Shown: positions 14,501-24,867 of the stretch, piece after piece | Position numbering within the stretch: position 1 is the stretch's first letter | Layout: each line of letters begins with the position of its first letter | Source: Lepidodermella squamata | Taxonomy: Eukaryota; Animalia; Gastrotricha | Assembly: GCA_047495785.1 (NCBI GenBank) | Contig: JBLDXI010000013.1 | Coordinates: forward strand, 2,232,001 to 2,296,000 | Direction: 5' to 3' | Length of the DNA: 64,000 bases | Made by a program: the position numbers and the translations under genes | The notes under the pieces: model-generated | The model's input: only the letters and a program-made list of their open reading frames with translations | What the model was told of the DNA's origin: nothing | Databases searched by the model: none

Positions 14501-16242
14501 CGCTTACTCACCAACACTCGTGTTTGCGTAGATGTTGACGAGTGCCAGTCACCCTTCGCCCATAATTGCTCCCAGACTTGCTCGAACACCTCGCCTGGGT
14601 ACAATTGCGGATGTCTACCAGACTTTATAGACTCTGGCGCCCAGATTGGAAGAAACGCGACTGGACTATGTGTTATTGCTGATAATAAGACTAATCCAGC
14701 AGATCCAAGTGTCATTTTCATCTACGGTGACACAATTCGCATGTGGAAGAAACCAAACGCAACCGTTTTAGGCCAGACCACCTTCGACAAAACGTTTACA
14801 GCCCTAGATGTCGACCCACGTGATGGTACTATCGTGTACTCCGAGGGCGGCGATCCACTCTTGAAACGGACCAGCATTCCAGTTAACGGACAGACCATTC
14901 AGCCGCTTTCTCTAACGAGCACACTTCCTTACGATATTGTAGTAGATATATCCATCGATTTTATTGGCGATAATCTTTACGTGGTCGATACTGACTTCAG
15001 AGCGAATTCTCGTATCGTGGTGTCAAAAGCTGATGGGCGGTATCAGAAAACTCTCGTTAGAAGCCCGCAACAAATCACAGCCTTGGCGATTAACCCACTC
15101 CGAGGGAGGATGTATTACGCCGTGTATTCCGGAAGTTCCTCGATCTCGCTGTTCAGCTCCTTATACAGCTCCGCATCTATCATCATGACGTCAATGAATG
15201 GCAGCCAGTTCAACAACGTCGAGATTTTCCGTGGCACGTCAGGCTACCAGATAAAATCTATTGCGGTGGATTATTTGGGAGATGGCAGAATTTATTTCTA
15301 CGATGGTCTGCGTATTGTCCTTGCTAACTATGATGGATCAGCGAATAAGACGTTTTCAACACTGATCTACGCACCAGCGGACCGAGCCTTCGATGTTTTC
15401 GGCAATTTACTGTACGGAATTTTCACAACGATTTCGTACTCGACATCTGAATCGCCGATGATGCTGTACGAAGTTGATAAGTTCAGTCGATTGCTCGCGA
15501 CTAACGTAACTGGTTCTATGATTCAAGCGACAAACGCAAGAGTCTACCATCCGTTGAAGGCTGGTCGTCTCGCTGGTAGACGCAACCCCTGTGACGCCTT
15601 GCGCTGCAGCCATTTGTGTCTACTGAATATGGAGGGTGGAGCAAGCTGTGCTTGCCCTGACAATCGAGATCAACAGAATTGCATTAGCCCAGTGGTAGCA
15701 CCGCCAGATCATCCAGCTAACTGCTTCAAGACATGCGTCCAAGGTCAAGGTATCTGCGTCAAAGATCCCAACCGTGAGGTCTACAATTGCCAGTGCAATC
15801 GGCTCTTCACTGGTCCGAATTGCAGTGACATCATTGTTGGGGGAGGAGGGGTAATTTTTTGCTTCATTCCCTATCTTATTCAATTACCCTCTTATTGTTA
15901 CAGAGAACTGTACAAGCTCCAGTGAATTTCACCGCAGAATCCACTCGTCCTGCGACAGTCAGTACAACTACTACCACTACTACTGTTGTCCCGATATGGC
16001 CGACCAACCCTGTAGCTAATACGATGGCTGTTGCGGCTACGGCCTCCACTGAATCAAGTTCAGCATCTGAATCGAGTCGAGGAATTTTGATCGCTCTCAT
16101 TGTGGTCGCAGTGGTCGTGCTTATCGTACTTATCTTCGTTATAGTCGGCGGTGTCTGGCTGTGGCGAAAACGCCAAAACGCAGCGATGGCCAACTTCAAT
16201 ATGCAACACCTGGATAATACAGACGCAATGTCGACAAACTGA
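11547..16242 (+). CDS. LDL-receptor/LRP-like type I membrane protein, paralog 2
   Basis: Signal-peptide exon 11547-11616 (MKLHGSCALLLVALSLELANAQI) splices in phase to 11674. Then an unassigned N-terminal region, FN3-like segment, ~9 LDLa repeats, EGF/cbEGF, propeller, EGFs, Thr-rich stalk, TM (ILIALIVVAVVVLIVLIFVIVGGVWLW) and tail ending 16242. Confidence 0.9.
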
Positions 16243-16700
16243 CCAGAAATGGCCTGAAAACAATAATACTTCTACCGGTCTATTCCAGCAAGCATTTTTT
16301 TTACAAATTCTTTCGTAGTGACTATGAGTTCAATAATTTATCTCTTTATTCATCCTTAAAGACTGCTGAGATATATATGTTAGTTTTGTTATTGAAGTGC
16401 CGAAAGGTCGACAATAAAGAGTTGCATTTTCGAAAAGAGACCGCCTGTCGCGTTTCACGCGGTGAAAGAGGGTCATTTTTTGAATAGATAAACTCAGTGC
16501 TTCAGAGAACATCTCGGCTATTTATAATTCATTCCATTCAAGCGGTTTTCTATTCATGTATTTCCAATAGATTGAATGAAAAGCCGCTTTGAACTTACCG
16601 CCTGCGTAGCTTTGATGTCTGCTGCACTGGGTGCTACCATTTTTTAATCTCGCGGAGGGTAAATTATACCACATCATCAGTTCTGTTCTTTCAAAAGGCA

Positions 16701-19700
16701 ATGCTTCGTAGCTTTCTAGCTTTAGCGTTCGCCTTGGCCTTCACCTTGATCAGCAAGGTTGAAAGTCAGGCTAACCCTACTACGACACGTGCACCTGTGA
16801 CTGCTACCACTAGGGCAGCCACCACAGCAAGGCTCACAACAGTCGCTCAAACAACGGCGCGGCCAGCATCAACGACAGCTCGAATTGCTGTTACGACTAC
16901 TGCAACTAAAACCCTGGCTGCTGTCGGTTTGTTCCTTTATCCTTTATCGGTTAAGTCAAACTCAATTTTTGGTATAAAGATTCAGCAGTAAACAGTACAT
17001 TATCCGTCAAAGTGGAGCCATCTGGTTGGCTCAACTATTCGTCCATCGCTACAGTCACATTTACCGCATCCCCACCATGCACTGGCTCAATGGCTTTGTA
17101 TTACCTGCAGATGAAGGGTATTTTCGATAGCTTCAACGAGTCCTGCTACTATAGCCCTGTTCGATGCTCCAAATCGATCCCGAATGTGAGAGCTTCTACT
17201 GACACTCGAGGCGCGTGGATCCGTCTCACTGGCAAAATAACAGACCTCAAAATTGGTCGCTACATCCACCGCTGTACGAAAGATACTCCTGAAGAAGATA
17301 AGCCAGACTCTGCATTAGAGGGTCGTATCGCCACCCTCGGATTTAATGGTTTGGTCGTTACTATTTCATTGACATCCATTGAAGTAAAAGTATTTTCTAG
17401 TGAATCCCAAGTTTTCGCATTTGAAAATCAGCATTCCCTCTATTGGAATGGATAAACAAATTGATCTAACCTCAGACAATGTTTGGTCAGCAGTTAGACT
17501 TAACGGATCCGCCGATGCTGCGTTTTTGTACTTCGGAGTTGCGAAGGGATCGTCTCAAAACAATGATACTTCTTTCAGCTCGTTCAGATTCACCTGGCCG
17601 GATGCTGATACTACAAACGGAAAATATGGCTCTGCGCTTATCCCGCTATATGGTCGAGGAGTCATCTCGTAAAAGACCACACTCATTGTTAATTTAAGCT
17701 AAAGCTTACGTGTGATTTGAAAGGGCTTATGAGCCTAGTGGGCAATGGGTTGGCTACAGGATTCAGAAGCAAGCATTGGCAGCTGCTAAGATCTGCTCGA
17801 TCAAAAGCACGGTGGTTTACGCTTCTCTACATGGGGCGCCAGAACGAGATTCTCTCAGCCTAACACTCAACTTTACCTATTCAAAGACGATCTCTTCAAT
17901 TTCCAGTAAGAAATCATGTGTGAATTGCCTGGCTGAGAATCTTATTTTAATTATTAATCCTAGTTGTTCGCACTAATAACTCGCAATGCGAATGCCGATT
18001 TACTTGCAATGTTTTTGACGAATGCTCTGATGAGTCTGACAATCGGACTGCTGAGTTCTATTGGCACTTCGGTTTTCCGAATGATAAAAATGTCAGGACT
18101 GATCCCTTCTAGTTAAATTATGTAGACGTTGGATTTTTTTCAGAGCGATTGGATTAGTACCGGTTCTCGGGCAAGCTATAGTCTGAATGGGACAGACTGT
18201 CAGGCGCGATACAAGTTAGCCGGTCTAACTCCAGAGCCATACCTTGTTGCCTGCAGACTATCAAGGAGGAATAACACAGAGGTAATTAGCAGCATGAAAA
18301 CAGATTTGAAAACTCTCCTCAAATGGTGCGACTCAAGCGAATTTCAATGCAAGTCTGGCGGATGCATACCTATCGGATATAAATGCAACGGGCGCGACGA
18401 TTGCTCTGATGGTTCGGATGAATACTCCGATATTTGCAAGAGCCAGAACAAGACAAGCTGCGGGCCTGGGAAATTCCAGTGCGTTGACGGAAGTAAGACG
18501 GATCCGACATATTTTGCATATCCAACTAAATCGGTAAATTTTTTATAGAGAGATGCATTGAAGGAAAATTCAGATGTGACTCCATCGTTGACTGCGCCGA
18601 TAGATCAGACGAAACTAATTGCATGGTCAAGGGAGCTGTGTGCCCCAAAAATTATTACAAATGTCCTGGCTCAAGCAAATGCATTTCAACCCAGTAAGCT
18701 TGATTTCTGAGCTCGTTGATACCAGACTTTAAATTCGTCCCATGTAGACGAGTTTGTGACGGGAAGATCGATTGCGATGGTACCTATGAGCCAACTTATC
18801 AAAGAGGGTAGCCAAAATTCGAAATCTCATTATATTTCAGGAGCGGAGGATGAATTGAGCTGTTCCGATGGCAAATTCACGTGCACGGCCGACAGACAGA
18901 TTTATACTTATAATTTATGTGACTCCGTAAGTTTCGAGGAAAAAGGTGATGAATGATTTATTTTTCGGGAATGATTATTTCAGTTCAACGACTGCGGCGA
19001 TAATTCGGTAATACTAACTTAGCACCAAGTCTCTTGCGGCAAAAATATATGGTTTTAGGACGAGGCCTCATGCGGAGATTACACGTCGAAGAATTGCACA
19101 GATATGGGCTTATGGGGTAACCAATGGTTTCAATGCATTTCTGATGGGAAGTGCATAAATTCAGACAATATTTGCGACGGAGATCAAGACTGCTGTAAAT
19201 TGATGATATTCATCTACACATTGGCCGATTTTAACTCGAGTATAATTTTAGCTGATGGCAGCGATGAATGGAGCGGCTGTTCGATCAAGCCAAGTAATGG
19301 CACTGATAACAATTCAACTGCGAAGGGCAAACTAGAAAAACCCAGAATCGTCAACATCTGTCATCCTTTGGAATTCAAATGTCTGAATGGGCGATGCATT
19401 AGTAGGCGAGAATTTAGCTGTTAAAAAGAATGAACCAAGTTTTTTGCAGCCCCTGGGCAAGTTTGCAACGGCGAAAACGATTGCGGTGACAAAAGTGACG
19501 AACGGCCCGAAGTTTGTCAGAAATGCGATGAGAGCCGCGGAATGTTTAAGTGCAAAGATTCCGGCAGATGCATTGCAACAGGATCAGTTTGCGACGGCAG
19601 GTTAAGCTGTGAAAAATCCTCGAACGGAAAAGTCGACATATCTGATGAAACCCCGGATGCTTGTGATTGGTTGCAGGCTCAAGTGACGAAAAGCTTACTT

Positions 19701-21662
19701 GTCAAGTGCCCATCTGGTTACACTCGATGCCAGACAAGCGGCACATGCGTTTCAGTTAACGCCCTCTGTGATGGTGTTCAAGACTGTTGTCCCTATGAGT
19801 ATTTCTCGTGGAGCGCTTTAGAATTAACATCCGATTCCGAGGTCTGGTCAGCACCAGGGGCGAAGGTCTCTCGTAAGAGGCGAGAAGCAATAATGGACAT
19901 GATCTCTAGTAACTCGACTCATCTCAACAAATGCGAGCGAACTGACGAAATCGGCTGCGAAAACAGGAGAAACTGCTCGGAGAAAAACGGAGGTTGTGCT
20001 GGGCAGTGTACACCGGTCAATCTCAAAGCCGAGAGAGACGTCTGTGGAACAGATAAACCTGCGCGAGAGGTTGGTTATTGCTCGTGTGGGGAGGGTTACT
20101 ACCGCCCCTGGTCGAATACGTCCTTGTGCGTCGACACGGATGAGTGCGCATCAATTTCAAGCAATAACTGCTCTCAGGTGTGCGCAAACGTACCAGGGTC
20201 TTATCGTTGCACTTGCGGTGATGGCTTCGCTGACGAATCGGTCATTGATAAACGCAAACCGGTTGGCTCTTGCGCACCTATGAATAGAGATCAAGATTTG
20301 GTCTTCGCATACACATACGGTGGTTCAGTTCGGGCTTTACGGAAGTCTCAATTCGTCCCCCAACTCTTAGGCGATATTGCATCTGAAGACGGATATATTG
20401 TATGTTACATATCCTAGGAATTTCTAGGGTTTCTAGGATTCTATGTAATGCTATAAACACAGGCCCTGGATATCGACGTAAGAGATGGAAGTGTGGTTTA
20501 CGCAGATCAGAGATCGCTGATAAAATCCTCAGTCTTCTTGGATCGAAACAATCAAGTGCCGCCCCAAAATCTTTCAGATGGTTCAACATTCGCCTACCAA
20601 AACATCTATGATATAGCCATAGATTTCATCGGCAACAACATCTACGTCGCAGATATCAACGGTGATTCATCTGCGAAGAAGGGTAGTTCGAGAATTGTTG
20701 TCTCCACGGCGGATGGTAGGTATCCAACTGTTCTACTGGAGCTGCCTGCCAACCAATCGATCACAGCAGTCGCTGTCAATCCCATCAATGGCAAACTTTA
20801 TTACTCTTATTCCCTGAATGTTAGCACTGCAGACTCTGAAATGTACAACAATTACCTCGAAGTCATGTCAATGAATGGTAGCACATCTGGCAAGGCTGTC
20901 ATCTTCAAAGCCGATTCGGACAACGATGATTGGACAGTCATAACATCTCTGGTTGTCGACTATCTGGGAAATGGAAGAATCTACTTCAACTCTGGTACCT
21001 CAATCTACATGATGAATCACGACGGGTCCGAACTTACGGCGATTCCAAGAACTCAACAAAACTCACCATATGGACGTAGATTCGACGTATTCGGTAGCAA
21101 ATTGTATGGTTTGCTGGGTACGTCGTATAAATTCGCGGCGGGAAACGCTTTTGAAGAGAAGGCGCAACTTGCGGAGGCTGATAAATTCGGGCGGCAAATT
21201 GGTGTTAAAATACGCGATGCAACTGATGACTACGACAACATTAGGATTTACCATCCGTTGAAGGCTGGCAATCTAGGGAGATTAAGCAACCCATGTTCTC
21301 AGCTACAATGCAGCCATCTTTGCCTACTCAACATGAATGGCGGTGCATCATGCCTCTGCCCGGATGGCTCAAGCTCCAGAAACTGTTCCGCCCCTGTTGT
21401 GCCCGAGCTTGAGAAGCCAAGTGTTTGCTTCGCTAACTGTGCGCCAAATCGTGGCAAATGCACCCCTCGCAAGGTGAATTTTCAAGGCAGGACACTAACT
21501 GAATATCAGTGCGAATGTTTTCATCCTGACTTTGCCGGGAAGTGGTGTAACGAGCTGCCGAAAGCGCTCGGAGCGAAAGCTTGCGACGTCGCTTCTTCAA
21601 CTGAAGCAAACTTTGTAGCGATGGCTCTTATGCTGGTTATAACTATATTTGTTGCTATTTGA
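16701..21662 (+). CDS. LRP-like protein, paralog 3 (no cytoplasmic tail; GPI-anchor-like C-terminus)
   Basis: Signal peptide MLRSFLALAFALAFTLISKVES, Thr/Ala-rich segment, N-terminal region homologous to paralog 2, LDLa repeats on small exons, EGF/cbEGF, propeller, EGFs; ends DVASSTEANFVAMALMLVITIFVAI*. Confidence 0.88.
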
Positions 21663-21723
21663 AGGAAATACTTTCGCATTGTTTCGCATGTTTGAAAGCA
21701 TCTTCATTTCCCATTTTTTCTTT

Positions 21724-22040
21724 CGGAATATCTTTTAGCGGAACCAAATTTATACGGTGAGTGGAACCTAATTTGCTGTAACGGAACCAAATATGCTGTA
21801 TTCGAAATATGCCAAGAGTCATTTTTCAATATTTCTACGAATTTTAGGCTAAGCGTGAATTCTGAATTGAACACTCCGTCTTATAGAGAATATTGCGCTG
21901 CATTCACTGGTGAATTTTCTAGAATTATTGCGGCCAATCTTGAAGTGCTATCAATATCCGAAAAGCGATTTCAGGCCACTAGAAAAGTCTAAAATTTGGT
22001 TCCGCTCACTGTAAATTTGGTTCCGCTAACAGGAGGACCC
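21724..22040. mobile_element. MITE with imperfect TIRs and a 9-bp target-site duplication (Merlin/Mutator-type)
   Basis: Left CGGAATATCTTTTAGCGGAACCAAATTT vs right reverse complement GGGTCCTCCTGTTAGCGGAACCAAATTT; internal GGAACC repeats; TTTTTCTTT on both flanks (21715-21723, 22041-22049). Confidence 0.8.
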
Positions 22041-22934
22041 TTTTTCTTTTGCCTTCTACACCCCTGCGCACTTGATCGCCACTTTTTGCCCCATTACAAA
22101 TTCAGCTCCTGGATTTCACGCTTATCGGATGATTACCTGATAATCTGAGAACATCTCATCAGCTTTATGAGTTCTCTCATATATTAATGCAGTCCATTTG
22201 GAGAGTGGATGATGAAGCGATGAAACCGATATTATTCAAGAACCATTTGACTGTGATGTCCTTATATGCTGACTAAATACCGGTTGTTTGTGTTAAACCA
22301 AATTGTACTAATTTGTTGAAGTTATGCATTGAATTGTTGTATGGACTTCGAACGCGAAGCATCAGGATACCTTTTATTCCCGGCGATCAGCACATCTCCA
22401 AGCTCTAAAAAAGTAAACATCATGAACAATTTCCACATTTTCAAAATTCAAATAAAAATAAATAACAAAAAAATAATGGTAAAAACGAATGAATTCCGTC
22501 CTCATCGCTTCAACAGAACCTTAAGACGAAAGTTCGTTGTTTGCCAATATCCTCGACTCGCCGAATTGCGCCTTCGACTTTTTCGCTCGATCCTGTTGAA
22601 ATTAGCGCAAGTCGAAATCAATGAAGCATGGCCGCCGTCCAATCGAAGTTAGCCTTAGCATTATGCGGTTAGCCTTAGCATTATCATCACCAGTAATGCA
22701 GCGTGTCCCAGGAGTTGCCCAACCATTTTTAATTTGGTAACTTTCTGTAGGAAATTCCACTAAATTTGTTAATCAAATAACCTACCAAGAGAATATTCCA
22801 TCTTTTAGAAAGATACTTTAATCTGCAGCAATTTTTTTTTCTCGCAGTATCACTTTCTTTTCGCAGCAAATCAACGTTTTTTCCGCAGTAAATACTAATT
22901 GAATAACTAATTGAAATAATATAGCCACATAAAC

Positions 22935-24435
22935 TATATTAAGGCTATTCAATATTTGTATGGTATGACATGAGTAAAACGTTTATATCTGTACGGAGCC
23001 GCCCGAGATTTACGAGTCGGAACGAGCCGGAGGCGAGTTGCGATGAGTAAATCGAGTGCGGCGAGTTCAGATATGAACGATTTACGAATGTTATACCGTA
23101 AAATATCGAATTATCAAAGCTACTCGACCTATATTTCTGGGGACAATTCTATATTTGTATGATATAACATGAGTAGGAATCTATATTTGAGTGAAGCACG
23201 AAATATAGATCGAGTAAAACGAATGAAACGAGTGAAATCGAGGCGGAACGAGCCGGCAGGCGAGTGGAGACGAGATTTCACGAGGTGAATGAGTTTTACG
23301 AGATCTATACGAGTGCTTCACGAAAATATAGGTTTCTACGAATGTTGTATCGTAAAATATTACACGGTGTCTATATTTTTCGCAACGCAAAATAATAAAT
23401 AATAAAAAATCCAACTTAAAATTTCATTGAAAAATGGCTTTCTATTCATTCTCGCTCATTTTTCTCATTCGTTCGAATTTCGTCTCGTTTTGAAAGTCGA
23501 TTTTCTGTCCGACCGGAATTCTGCTCGAATTTCACGAACAAATGCTCCCAGAATTCTGCTGCGATTGGCAAAGCTGCCGCAATTGAAGCCGAATGGTTCG
23601 ATAACCCATCAACCCTGAAACCTGGTTACTTCGAAATCAACGTTCGCGAAAACCATGCGCCTTTACAATCCGAAGAAACTGGTTCGATTTGAACGACACG
23701 TTTGGTGGCGATGAAAGAAGGTCGAGCAGTCCGTCGGAATTTCATCTCTGGTTGTTGAAAATGGCCCAGTTTCGGATAAGCGCGTCGCAACGGTGTTTGG
23801 TACGTCGATGTTTTCAACGTGATCGAATCGGAACTGTCGCTGGCAGAGTGCTCCAAGTTCAATCAAGTTTCAAGGTGGTGATTTCTGCGAATTGGGGTCA
23901 AAATGCTGTCCGATTTTCTGGATTTTCGGCTCAGTGTTCCCGGCGCGTTCTATCGACCTAAGGAGACGACTTGCTGACCGTACCTGTTCGATGATCTTCT
24001 GCGCGATCCGACCCACGAATCGCTGCGAATTCATGCACAGCGGGGACGAAATGCTGCCCGATTTTCCGGAGTTTTCTGAGAAATTCTGGTTCCTACGGCC
24101 AATTTTTGCAGCCCGCCTGCCAAGCTGTCCCCGTCTAAATTATTCTCAAAATTGAATTTCTCCATTTTCTTTCATAATAAATTGCGTTGCGAAAACTATA
24201 TCCCTGTGTTTTTTCCGTTAGAATTAGCTGTTTCAAGACCTCGGAAGTATTGGGCTTGGAAATGGGCATCTATATTCAAAATATAGATTTTCCAGGTCAA
24301 AAATATAGATACACCTGAATCTATATTTCAGATATAGATCAGAAATATAGTTCATATTCAAATCTATATTTGAAGTATGAAAAAATATAGATTTGTGTTT
24401 CAAGGTTAAAAATATAGACACAGTGTTATATTTAA
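22935..24435 (+). mobile_element. Non-autonomous element with two G.A-mismatch hairpins and asymmetric inverted repeats (possibly tyrosine-recombinase/Crypton-type)
   Basis: Hairpins 22947-23111 and 23151-23360; inverted repeat 23355-23380 vs ~24408-24433; inverted repeat TTTTCGCAACGCAA (~23377-23390) vs TTGCGTTGCGAAAA (~24182-24195); ATATAG/CTATAT array 24268-24420. No recognisable ORF; class assignment is inference only. Confidence 0.55.
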
Positions 24436-24804
24436 AATCACGCCAGGTGATTGTAGCGAGCACGCACCCAAAATTTGACGCGACTTGAGCGAGTGGAACG
24501 ACGGCTTAAGGTCGTTAACAAATTGTTTTTCACATTTTAAACATCGCAACTTGATTAACGCCAAATTTAATTACTAAAATATACTAGAATATTTATGCCG
24601 TCTCCATCAACAATTGTAAGCTCTTCCAACGGGAGGCAGCGAATGCTCGAGGGTCAAATGTATCTTACTACATGTATCCCGTATGTCTCTGTACATGTAC
24701 ATGTATCCCGTGAAGAAATGCCCCAAAAACCTTTAAGAAATAGCCCCACAATGTTTCTCGTCGGGTAAATCTTAATGCGGTACGAAATTTCATTTAATTC
24801 AATA

Positions 24805-24867
24805 CCTAACCAGTTTAGTCGGTTATTCAACTGGTTAGGGTTAGGGTTAGGGTTAGGTTAGGGTTAG
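24805..24867 (+). repeat. Short interstitial (TTAGGG)n tract preceded by a hairpin; possibly part of a Helentron-like non-autonomous element
   Basis: TTAGGG TTAGGG TTAGGG TTAGG TTAGGG TTAG at 24835-24867; CCTAACCAGTT (24805-24815) can pair with AACTGGTTAGG (24829-24839). Confidence 0.75.

Noticed and set aside
22100-22170. Minus-strand CTGATGAG as a hammerhead ribozyme core
   Set aside because: No correctly placed GAAA or stems I/III; other CTGATGA hits I checked are in coding exons or also lack the stems.
22648-22684. 17-bp direct repeat GTTAGCCTTAGCATTAT x2
   Set aside because: Simple local duplication with no further structure.
22947-23360. CRISPR array or true integron cassette array
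   Set aside because: No repeat-spacer periodicity, no cas or intI gene, no cassette ORFs, and a eukaryotic context; only a structural analogy is claimed.
23427-24155. Short ORFs inside the hairpin element as a recombinase or transposase
   Set aside because: No tyrosine-recombinase, DDE or HUH motifs recognised in the frames I read.
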